Below are positions 1 to 8,836 of a DNA stretch of 64,000 nucleotides, piece after piece (position 1 is the stretch's first letter; every line of letters begins with the position of its first letter). Source of the DNA: Oligoflexales bacterium (GTDB lineage: Bacteria; Bdellovibrionota_B; Oligoflexia; Oligoflexales; Bog-1112). The notes under the pieces were generated by a model. That model was not told where the DNA came from. It did not search any database and saw nothing but the letters and a program-made list of their open reading frames with translations. The DNA is taken from NCBI GenBank assembly GCA_045105515.1, contig JBGCDR010000074.1:8827-72826 (forward strand). Reading direction: 5' to 3'. The position numbers and the translations under genes were made by a program.

Positions 1-35
1 TAGAATATGCCAGCGATACCAATTAGAAAGGACAT
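1..35 (-). CDS. 5' end of a probable membrane or secreted protein running off the window (MSFLIGIAGIF...)
   Basis: ATG at 35-33 preceded by a strong SD (AAGGAGG, 47-41); hydrophobic N-terminus; only 11 codons visible. Confidence 0.6.
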   Translation of the reverse strand, partial: MSFLIGIAGIF

Positions 36-356
36 CAGGTCCTCCTTAAAAACAATCATCAGAGCAGAAATTGTCATGTTTATTTTAAAGCACCGACTTA
101 GTATTGGTCATTAGGTACAATGTTCCTAGAGCTCTAAAGAAGGAGTAAATTTTTTCTCTATAATTTAGGAAAATATTTTTGCTTATTTAGAAACACTACA
201 TTGACTAGATATCAAATAATTGTTAAATCTTAGAGATAAACAATTTAGGCAAAACACGCCAAACAGAAAATATTGGACCAATTTTTAAACTTGCCTCTCA
301 CAAGCTCGGTTTAAATCTTGATGGATTGAACCAACTCTACCTAAGGAGAATCAATT

Positions 357-1256
357 GTGAAGAAAGAAGCTGAGTTAAAATACCCATACTCTGCCAACTT
401 GTTCAAGTTCTGTCGAAGAGTATTGGATCACAAATATGGCGGAATTCGTGTTATTGACCAAGACGTAGGTCAGATTTTAGGCTTTGATCCAGCTGATTGT
501 AGCCATTGGAAAAAAGGTAAAAAGAACATTCGTTCCATACAAGCTATGAAAAATATTGCCGATCATTTGGGTGTGGATGAAAAGCTGGTTGTCGACGTTG
601 CATCAGGAGAAATGTCCGATATAGAAGCCTATTTCGAATTTACTGGCTATGGTTCTTTTGACATAGATGGAAAAGTCCTTGAATCAGCAAAAAAAGAATA
701 CTACCGCAAACATGCTGGCACTTGGTCAAAAGAAAAAGAATATGATTTTAAGCAGTTCTTCAAAGTTGATGAAAGCGTGATTAAAAAAAAGGTAGAAGAA
801 ATTCACCAAACAATTAATTTCCAAGAGTCGCCTCTTTACCTTCCAGAAATCGTATCTCATTACCCGGAAATAAACCTAAAACCCCAAACAGATTGGGATG
901 AAGAAATTTCTATACAACCGCTACAAGCCTACTGGGAGAGCAATAAATTCATTGTTGCCTACAAATCAGGGCTCGAACTACGCCCTTTTATGCGTTTTAA
1001 GATAGCAAAGTCTCTAGCTACCTTTTTCCTCCCAAGAAAAGAATCTAACTTCGAAGACTTAAAACCTTATGTAAAACATTTATTCGACGTAGAGAGCAAC
1101 ATATTTGCTTGCCACTTGCTAGCACCAAAATTGTTAATCCAACAAGAAATAAAACAAATTGATGTTGCTAAAGACCTCATTGTCCAACTTGCAGAAACTT
1201 TTTGGGTATCAAAATCATTTATAAACTTAAGACTCAAAGAAATTTTGCAAGAATAA
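357..1256 (+). CDS. XRE-like HTH regulator fused to a degenerate ImmA/IrrE (M78) peptidase-like domain
   Basis: N-terminal DQDVGQILGFDPADCSHWKKG looks like an HTH; C-terminal RFKIAKSLA...ESNIFACHLLAP...LAETFWVS matches the M78 pattern but lacks HExxH; SD AAGGAG before GTG. Confidence 0.7.
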   Translation: MKKEAELKYPYSANLFKFCRRVLDHKYGGIRVIDQDVGQILGFDPADCSHWKKGKKNIRSIQAMKNIADHLGVDEKLVVDVASGEMSDIEAYFEFTGYGSFDIDGKVLESAKKEYYRKHAGTWSKEKEYDFKQFFKVDESVIKKKVEEIHQTINFQESPLYLPEIVSHYPEINLKPQTDWDEEISIQPLQAYWESNKFIVAYKSGLELRPFMRFKIAKSLATFFLPRKESNFEDLKPYVKHLFDVESNIFACHLLAPKLLIQQEIKQIDVAKDLIVQLAETFWVSKSFINLRLKEILQE

Positions 1257-1300
1257 AATTATCTAAACTCAAATTAACTTGAATTTAGGCAAATCAATCT

Positions 1301-2191
1301 CTAGCCTTTCTTTAATCGTTTTCCCTTCTCATGCATCGGTGAGCCTTCAGGAATAGAGATGGCCTGAGAAGAACTCAGCTCCTTTAGATGAAATTTGGAG
1401 TTGGCTTTTTTGCGGGTGTACTGTTCCGCATCTACCCGACGCTTTTGGCAAAACCTTTCAACTGAGCCTTTTTGACTCATACCTTCTATATAGTAAATTT
1501 GCCCCAAATAAGTTACATATGTACCAACAACTCCAGAACAAGCCTCATCTAATGGAATAATATCTACATTATCAGGCCTAAGAAGTTCTCTAAATTCTTC
1601 ATCAATAACCGAAGGCATTGGTTCTCCATCTGCCAAAGCCAAAAATTCTTCCAATTCCAAGGACTTCAGAGGCATCTTAGCATTCTTAAGCTTTCCTCTA
1701 TGACTTTCATAACTAGACCAGTCAGGAAAGGGTCTCTTTTTACAGCCTTCCACCCAATAAACATCTACAAATGAAAAGGTTATATACTGTCCCTCATTCC
1801 GTTTACAAAGAGTCTTAGCATCTCTATTTACTTCTTTATAATTGCCACCTGCTGGTAAGCTAGCAACCACTTTTGCCTCTACTTCCCTCAATCGAATTCT
1901 GTTAGCCTTGGTGAGGTTATAGACCTGCTCAGAATTTAACTCAAATCGTTTACAGCCTTTCACATGGTAAACTCTGCCATAGTAAACAATATAGCTATTC
2001 CTATATTTCTCGCAGACAGCTTTTTTTTGGACTGCTGTTGGTTCCGGACTGGGTTCATCTTCAAAATCTGATAAGGATCGTTGACCATTCTCCTTGTTTT
2101 CCGATAAGGCTCTTTCACCATCATTATCTTGTGCATATAGTAAATGCATCTGCAGGCTGAGAATTAGCCATATGTAGAAATAAACCTTCAA
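1301..2191 (-). CDS. Secreted hypothetical protein with three internal Cys-pair repeats
   Basis: Signal-peptide-like N-terminus ending LYA-Q; three C..Y[IV]..[VI]Y.[VI].G..C.[KR]...L......[LI]..G repeats; GGAGG SD before TTG. Confidence 0.75.
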   Translation of the reverse strand: MKVYFYIWLILSLQMHLLYAQDNDGERALSENKENGQRSLSDFEDEPSPEPTAVQKKAVCEKYRNSYIVYYGRVYHVKGCKRFELNSEQVYNLTKANRIRLREVEAKVVASLPAGGNYKEVNRDAKTLCKRNEGQYITFSFVDVYWVEGCKKRPFPDWSSYESHRGKLKNAKMPLKSLELEEFLALADGEPMPSVIDEEFRELLRPDNVDIIPLDEACSGVVGTYVTYLGQIYYIEGMSQKGSVERFCQKRRVDAEQYTRKKANSKFHLKELSSSQAISIPEGSPMHEKGKRLKKG

Positions 2192-2380
2192 GAATTTGAA
2201 TTCCTCCGTATAGACCTGTATCTGCTGTTTCGGCTCTGCTCAGCAGAGCATTAGCGGCGCCAGGTAAAAAAAGATACCACATCGTATCCATTTCTTGCTA
2301 ATTGCTTTTGCTAACAAGGGCCAGCAGGTATATACAAGTTTGCTTTATGTTTCATGAGCCCCGGATGAAAGTCGATCAAA

Positions 2381-4177
2381 ATGCATCAAAATCTACATTC
2401 ATTTATCGAAAAACTTGATAAAACCAATAATCTTTGCAGGGTTGATGCTCAAGTTGACCCTTACCTTGAATTGGCAGAGATACATCGAAGAGTCATTGCT
2501 GCTGATGGCCCAGCTCTATTGTTTTCGAATGTAAAAGGTAAGAAATTTCCAGTCATAACGAACCTGTTTGGAACTAAGGAAAGAGTAGGTTTTGCATTTG
2601 GCGATGACCCGGTAAAATTCATTCAATCAGTCGCCTCTTTGCCCGAAGAGCTTTTACCCCCGACTCTTTCAAAAATATGGGAAAAACGTAGTTTTTTTTT
2701 TAAGGCAAGTAAAATCGGCTTCAAATCTAGCTTTCGAGCTCCGGTTCTGAAGCACAGTATTCCAGAAGCAGACCTTAACCAGCTGCCAGCTATTACCAGT
2801 TGGCCCGAAGATGGCGGTCCTTTTATCACGCTGCCACTTGTTCATACAAAGGGACCAGGTCCAAAGCCGGATAATCTTGGCATGTACCGAATCCAAATTT
2901 TTGAAGCAGGCGAAACGGGCATGCACTTCCAAATTGGCAAGGGAGGCGGTTTTCACTATTTTGAGGCAGAAAAAGCTGGCCAGCATTTGCCAGCCAACAT
3001 TTATCTAGGAGGGCCGCCAGCTCTCATGCTATCCGCAATTGCCCCACTTCCTGAAAACGTGCCAGAGCTTCTTCTCAGCTCGCTACTACTCGGAAAAAAA
3101 ATGAAAAGATCACGGGTACCTGGGCACCCCCTAGATCCTATATCAGAAGCAGAGTTTGCAATTCTAGGTGAAATCCCCCCCCAAGTCAGGCGACCTGAGG
3201 GACCATTTGGAGATCATTATGGCTACTATTCCTTGCAGCATGAATATCCTGTTTTTAGACCAAAACATATTTTCCATCGTAAAGGAGCAATTTTTCCAGC
3301 TACTGTGGTCGGAAAACCAAGGCAAGAGGATTTTTATTTAGGAGACTTTCTTCAAGAGCTCCTAGCTCCTCTATTTCCACTAGTAATGCCTGCCGTGAAA
3401 GACCTATGGAGCTATGGTGAAACTGGATATCATGCTCTTTCCGCCGCATGTTTAAGTGAGCGTTATAACAGAGAATCTATGAGTTCTGTATTCCGAATAC
3501 TCGGGGAGGGTCAATTATCCTTAACCAAATTCCTAATAGGTTTGGATAAAAAGATCGACCTTAAGGATTTCAAAGGAGTCCTAAGCCATGTACTTTCTCG
3601 AGCAGATTGGCGTAAAGACCTATTTGTTTTCTCAGAATTATCGATGGATTCCCTCGACTATACCGGCCCCGTAGTTAATAAGGGCAGTAAAGGAGTGATC
3701 TTAGGCATGGGAGAGCCGATTCGAAAACTCCCAAAAAACTTCACCCGCTCGGTAGAAAACAGTTTAGTTAAGAACATCAGGGTTTATGCTCCCGGGTGTC
3801 TAGTGATTGAAGTACCTGCTTACAAGCAGAATAGAGAAGCTGTACAAGACCTTGCAAAGCTGTCGCAGTTTGCCGACTGGCCCTTAATCATAGCGGTAGA
3901 TGATGTTGACAAAGCATGCAGGTCCGATAGCAGCTTTCTTTGGACTACCTTTACCCGGTTTGAGCCAGCTGCAGATATCTATGCCTATGATTATGAGATA
4001 CGAAGGCACCATATATCCTATAAGGGTCCTATTGTGATCGACGCACGCATGAAGCCTTGGTACCCCAAAGAACTATTTTGTGACTCACAAACACGTCAAC
4101 TAGTTGATGAACGATGGAAGCAATATTTTCCGGACAAAAAGATCAATATGGGCTCAAGCGATTGGGCTCACTTGTAA
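2381..4177 (+). CDS. ubiD: UbiD-family (prFMN-dependent) decarboxylase, long form
   Basis: DGGPFITLP, NLGMYRIQ and EGPFGDHYGYY motifs of the UbiD family. Confidence 0.9.
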   Translation: MHQNLHSFIEKLDKTNNLCRVDAQVDPYLELAEIHRRVIAADGPALLFSNVKGKKFPVITNLFGTKERVGFAFGDDPVKFIQSVASLPEELLPPTLSKIWEKRSFFFKASKIGFKSSFRAPVLKHSIPEADLNQLPAITSWPEDGGPFITLPLVHTKGPGPKPDNLGMYRIQIFEAGETGMHFQIGKGGGFHYFEAEKAGQHLPANIYLGGPPALMLSAIAPLPENVPELLLSSLLLGKKMKRSRVPGHPLDPISEAEFAILGEIPPQVRRPEGPFGDHYGYYSLQHEYPVFRPKHIFHRKGAIFPATVVGKPRQEDFYLGDFLQELLAPLFPLVMPAVKDLWSYGETGYHALSAACLSERYNRESMSSVFRILGEGQLSLTKFLIGLDKKIDLKDFKGVLSHVLSRADWRKDLFVFSELSMDSLDYTGPVVNKGSKGVILGMGEPIRKLPKNFTRSVENSLVKNIRVYAPGCLVIEVPAYKQNREAVQDLAKLSQFADWPLIIAVDDVDKACRSDSSFLWTTFTRFEPAADIYAYDYEIRRHHISYKGPIVIDARMKPWYPKELFCDSQTRQLVDERWKQYFPDKKINMGSSDWAHL

Positions 4178-4269
4178 ATGTATTTTTTTAGGCCTTCACA
4201 TATTTGAAAGATTTATTTTAAATAGTAGTGTACTAAACAATCAATTCTTACATATTTACAAGGGGACTC

Positions 4270-5289
4270 ATGAAAGTTTGGCTTAGCAAGATCCAAGGAC
4301 CGCTCCTTACTCTATTTAAAATTTCGATAGCTGGACTCCTCATTTGGTGGCTCATCTCCGATGATAAGCTAGATTTTTCCGCTCTGGGAAAATTATGGCA
4401 AAATCCAAGTATCCTGTTTGCAACCATAGTGTTTTGGGGTTTTGGTGCTGTTATCCTTTGCGCTTTCCGGTGGCGAGCCCTTGTACTGGGAATGAATTTC
4501 TCTCTATCTGTATTCCAATCAATCCGTCTGAATTTGATCGGTTTGTTTTTCAATACCATCATGCCAGGAGTTGTAGGTGGAGATGTGATCAAAGCCATCT
4601 ATGTCTGCAAAGGCCAAGCAAAGGGAACTAAGGTGCCTGTTTTACTAACTATACTATTGGACCGGGTTATGGGTTTAGTTGCATTATTTGCTCTATCAAT
4701 GGGTGCGATTATACTCAACTGGGATGTGGTAATGGCAAATTCCATGCTGCAACCTTTTGTTATGCTAATTTTTGGTATAATGGCTAGCTTATTGTTATTT
4801 GCAACATTTGTAGCTTTGCCCACTGAATTTAAAGAAAAAGTACCCCCAGTAAGTTGGATCTACCGCATAATTATGAAGGTCATATTTATAAAAAATATCT
4901 ACCTCGCATTACGCAGTTATAAAGATAAACCTGGATATATTCTGCAGGCTCTTGCCTTTGCACTCCTTCACCAAGTCATCTACATGTTTTTATTTATTTT
5001 AGTCACAAGCAGCTTTACCACTAGCCCTATTCAAATTGGGCTTCTAGCGACTATCCTGCCACTTGGAATTGTAACAACTGCCTTGCCTCTCGCACCAGGT
5101 GGGCTGGGAGTTGGGCATGTAGCTTTTGAAAAATTATTTGCAATGATTGGCTTGTCCGATGGTGCAAATGTATTCAATATTATTTTCTTTAGTGTAATTT
5201 TTTTGAATCTACTAGGCTCAATACCCTACTTATTCATTCGCAGTGAACTTTCACCACTTCTTGAAACTGCAGAGGAAAATGGATTCTAA
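4270..5289 (+). CDS. Lysylphosphatidylglycerol synthase TM-region / flippase-like (UPF0104) membrane protein
   Basis: RW..L, FFNTIMPGVVGGDVIK, LLDRVMGL and LPLAPGGLGV motifs; multiple TM helices. Confidence 0.85.
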   Translation: MKVWLSKIQGPLLTLFKISIAGLLIWWLISDDKLDFSALGKLWQNPSILFATIVFWGFGAVILCAFRWRALVLGMNFSLSVFQSIRLNLIGLFFNTIMPGVVGGDVIKAIYVCKGQAKGTKVPVLLTILLDRVMGLVALFALSMGAIILNWDVVMANSMLQPFVMLIFGIMASLLLFATFVALPTEFKEKVPPVSWIYRIIMKVIFIKNIYLALRSYKDKPGYILQALAFALLHQVIYMFLFILVTSSFTTSPIQIGLLATILPLGIVTTALPLAPGGLGVGHVAFEKLFAMIGLSDGANVFNIIFFSVIFLNLLGSIPYLFIRSELSPLLETAEENGF

Positions 5290-5325
5290 TAAATGCAAGA
5301 ATAACTACTCAAGTAATATATTTTC

Positions 5326-6891
5326 TCAGGTACTGGCTTTTCCAAGCTCTAAATTTCTAGCCTGCTCAACCTTGATACCGGCACTTTCTTGTTCTGCTTC
5401 CTGCTCACTTACAAGCTTTTCATATCGACGTCCAAGAGCTCTTGCACAGTAGATCCACCCTCCACATATCACTATAAAAATTGCTCCAACATAAGGAGCC
5501 ATAGCAATTGCAGAAGGTACAAATAACATTAAAAATTGCTGGATAAGGGATCCACCTGACTTACCTAGACGAGCAGCAACCACATCAATAGCTGCCTTCC
5601 CTTTGGTCTTAGACTCCTCATCCAAAGGGATATATGACATCTCTTTTGTTGGATCAAACAAGGAATACTTTGCTGATTTACTCATAATATTTTGTGCTGC
5701 ACCAAAAATCACAGCCATCATTAAAGGCGAAGTTCCCATCGTAGCTAAATATCCAATGAAAAAGTCCTTAAAGACTATAAAATTTAGAAAAAACACCCCG
5801 GTAATTAAAAGCACAACCGGAGTGACACATGCTGCAATCGACCAACCAAACCGTCTAATTACATTATGACTTACAAACAAAAACATGAATAATGTAACAA
5901 CTCCGGTCATAGTCGAAAAGTGCCCCATAAAATTGGTATATTCTGCAGGGTTTGGGTATGCCGCTTTAACTTGGCTCTTCCAAATTACTTCTATTAAATT
6001 GATTGAAACACCATATGCCATAACAATAAACGCTATACAACCTAAATATTTAGAACGCGAAAGATATTTAAGACTATCCTTGATACTCATCTTAGTCTTA
6101 TTTTTTTTCTTCTTAATCAAAGTTGGATCATAAAATTGGGGGTCAGAAAGAATAGATCTTTGCATGTAATAATAGGTGCCAATTATACATAAACCCGCTA
6201 TAAAAACCAAAAGCATTAACACTTGTAGAGACTGTGAATAAGGCCGACCTCCTGCTCCAGGTGCAGCCCATATAATGGCTCGCCCTGAGAAAATTAAAGC
6301 TATGTTTGCACCAATCCCTAACAAGCCATAGAACCTTTTAGCTTCACTTATTTTATTGATATCATTGGCAAAACCCCAAAACATCATAGACAGCACCATG
6401 CTTCCCCACATTTCAGCCAAAATATAGAAAAGTCCAAATGTCCAATTACGATATATCGCAACAATACCTTTTGCTGCTGCTGAACTTGGAAGTAGAGATT
6501 TTAAGAACTCAGCAGATTCAACTGGGTGTAAAATGTCTCTCAGTGGATATAAAACAAAGCCAAAAAGGGCAAAAAAACCAATAAAAGGGCAAATCATTGA
6601 ATAGAAGAGTTTTTCCTTACTAAGTGAATTACTAAGCTTAGAAAATATTAGCATCAAAATAATAGCAGAAGGAACAACACACCAAACTTTTAGAAAAGGA
6701 ATCGCCTCTGCTCCAGAGCCAGGAGCTGTAACAATCAGGGAGTCTTTGGTATCTCTTAAAATCGTATAATTGAATGAGATGCAAAAAAACATAAAAAACA
6801 TTGGAATGATTTTTTTTAGTTCATAAGAGTGGATAGGCCATAAAAGCGACCTAATTTTGCTAAATTCTTCAACATCAGATCTCGCTGACAT
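5326..6891 (-). CDS. tlc: TLC/NTT-family ATP/ADP translocase (nucleotide transport protein)
   Basis: FNYTILRDTKD, GAEAIPFLKVW, AEMWGS, FWGFAN, EAKRFY, EVIWK, KYSLFDPTKEMSYIPLD and KGKAAIDV..RLGKSGG motifs; about 12 TM helices; start moved to ATG 6891 after SD AAGGAG. Confidence 0.95.
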   Translation of the reverse strand: MSARSDVEEFSKIRSLLWPIHSYELKKIIPMFFMFFCISFNYTILRDTKDSLIVTAPGSGAEAIPFLKVWCVVPSAIILMLIFSKLSNSLSKEKLFYSMICPFIGFFALFGFVLYPLRDILHPVESAEFLKSLLPSSAAAKGIVAIYRNWTFGLFYILAEMWGSMVLSMMFWGFANDINKISEAKRFYGLLGIGANIALIFSGRAIIWAAPGAGGRPYSQSLQVLMLLVFIAGLCIIGTYYYMQRSILSDPQFYDPTLIKKKKNKTKMSIKDSLKYLSRSKYLGCIAFIVMAYGVSINLIEVIWKSQVKAAYPNPAEYTNFMGHFSTMTGVVTLFMFLFVSHNVIRRFGWSIAACVTPVVLLITGVFFLNFIVFKDFFIGYLATMGTSPLMMAVIFGAAQNIMSKSAKYSLFDPTKEMSYIPLDEESKTKGKAAIDVVAARLGKSGGSLIQQFLMLFVPSAIAMAPYVGAIFIVICGGWIYCARALGRRYEKLVSEQEAEQESAGIKVEQARNLELGKAST

Positions 6892-7177
6892 AAAAAACTC
6901 CTTTACGTAAGCTAATGCTTTAAATCTAAAAATACCCACTAAGAGCGGATCAATTTCCTTGTAATATTTTGGAATAGTGCATTCTCAAAAGCATTTAAAC
7001 TAATTTGTGTTTTAAAAAAAGGGGTTCTAAAAAATTGATAGCCAGTTGCATTGTTTTGCATTATAAATTCCACTTATTAGGGTTTGGAAATCCGTACCCA
7101 ATATGGTGGGGCAAACATAGCAGTAGAATTAAATCAGCGCAATGAAATAAAGCGGAAGAAGAATTTTCAATATTATT

Positions 7178-7795
7178 TTACGGTAAACTATTCAATTGAT
7201 CATAGATTTCTGTCAAAGGTAATCCCATGACATTTGTATATGAGCCTGAAATTTTTTGTACAAAGTAAGCCGCCTTTCCCTGAATTCCATAGGAACCGGC
7301 TTTATCCATGGGTTCTCCAGTTGCGACGTATGATTGTATTTCTTCTTGCGAAAGTCCCTTGAAAGTAACTTCTGTTACTACCACATCACTTATTAAGAAA
7401 AAATCTCCTTGAGCTTGTTTCTGGTAAGAAAAAGCAAAACCCGTCAATACTTGATGAGTTCTTCCCGACAACTGACTCAACATAGCAATAGCTTCACTAG
7501 CAGATTTAGGCTTTTGCAAAATTTCATCTTCCAAAACTACAACCGTATCTGCCCCTAGAACTACAAGTCTTTTTTCTGATGGATCTTCAGATGAGCTCGA
7601 ACAGATTTCACTAGCAACCCACTTCGATTTTCCTTCTCCATTTCTTCGGACGTAATCATTGGCTTTTTCATTTTCTTCTAGTCTCTCTTCGAAGCCAGGA
7701 CTCTTCAAAGTAAAACTCAAATTTAAACTTCCAAGTAACTCCCTACGCCTAGGTGATGTGCTAGCTAAAAAAAATTTATACGCATTCAAGTCCAT
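7178..7795 (-). CDS. maf: Maf nucleoside triphosphate pyrophosphatase (YhdE-like)
   Basis: LASTSPRRRELL, GADTVV, DKAGSYGIQG and NVMGLP motifs. Confidence 0.95.
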   Translation of the reverse strand: MDLNAYKFFLASTSPRRRELLGSLNLSFTLKSPGFEERLEENEKANDYVRRNGEGKSKWVASEICSSSSEDPSEKRLVVLGADTVVVLEDEILQKPKSASEAIAMLSQLSGRTHQVLTGFAFSYQKQAQGDFFLISDVVVTEVTFKGLSQEEIQSYVATGEPMDKAGSYGIQGKAAYFVQKISGSYTNVMGLPLTEIYDQLNSLP

Positions 7796-8094
7796 CTTTT
7801 ACCTACCTATGTCCATAATGAGATTTTTTTTATTTATTCAGAAAGATTAAAAAGAGCTAAAAATAATTCAAAAAAACAGATTTTCGGTTGATGAGATATC
7901 TTCCGGAAGAAGACACACCCCATACAAATATTTATGATATAAATTTATACGCCATAAATAAACCTCTCTTCCTGAAAGTAGGGTATTACATAAAAACCAT
8001 ATTTTTGTCGAGGATTATCAATACAGTTTTTTCGCAGAATTTCCTTGATTGAAAGAAATCTCACTAAGAAATATTGAGGAGTAGGATGCTTATC

Positions 8095-8709
8095 CTAACA
8101 TGGATCCACCCTCGCGCTAGCATCTAAACGAAGTGATAAGCCATCTAAATGAATTACAATACCCTCAGTGAGAGTCTTCCTTGATGCAGCAACAGATGCT
8201 CGGGCAAACAAAACACTTCTAAAATCCCTGCCATTACAACGCTTAGGGTTACGAACACGGGTAACATCTCTTAATTCTGCTAAGGGAATATTGCGAGATT
8301 CTCGAGGATTCTTGCCGTGGTCCTTGTTGCGAGAATATTTCATACCTATAAAGCGATATTGTAAGTTGACATGGGCTTCTGTCCCCTCAGATCGCACTAA
8401 CCCATAAAGAAGAGAGGAGCTTAGATTTGAAATATAAAAACCTCTTTTTATTAAAGCTGGAACTTTAATACGGCATGACTTCCTTCGCTTCAGTTTTCCC
8501 TCTTGATGCCCATCTAGTTCAACACCTAAGCTTGAGAACAATATAGAAACCTCATTACCAGCACTAATAAAGAAGGTGTCATCCATGTTACAACCCGAGC
8601 CGAGAGCCGTAGCCTTGTTATTAAAATTCCACTCAATCGCATTTGCAAACAAAAACCCAAATGGATTCAAAGCCGCAAAAAGCGCTGCCACAACTAAGAT
8701 TATTTTCAT
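8095..8709 (-). CDS. Secreted DUF4360-like protein
   Basis: Signal peptide; GSGC...SILFS...RKSCRIKVP...G pattern typical of DUF4360; ATG 8709 follows AGGAG. Confidence 0.65.
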   Translation of the reverse strand: MKIILVVAALFAALNPFGFLFANAIEWNFNNKATALGSGCNMDDTFFISAGNEVSILFSSLGVELDGHQEGKLKRRKSCRIKVPALIKRGFYISNLSSSLLYGLVRSEGTEAHVNLQYRFIGMKYSRNKDHGKNPRESRNIPLAELRDVTRVRNPKRCNGRDFRSVLFARASVAASRKTLTEGIVIHLDGLSLRLDASARVDPC

Positions 8710-8836
8710 AGCCACTCCTGTTTTTTTTAATTTTACTCAAGATTAGTGATAAGAATCAATAAGCTCATTAGTATAGTATGTAAAGTACCAGGAGCGGAAT
8801 TTTAGCGGATTGCTTAGCAAAATTGGAGAAGGACTC

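Noticed and set aside
1..35. Possible NupC-type nucleoside transporter N-terminus
   Set aside because: Only 11 residues are visible, too few to assign a family
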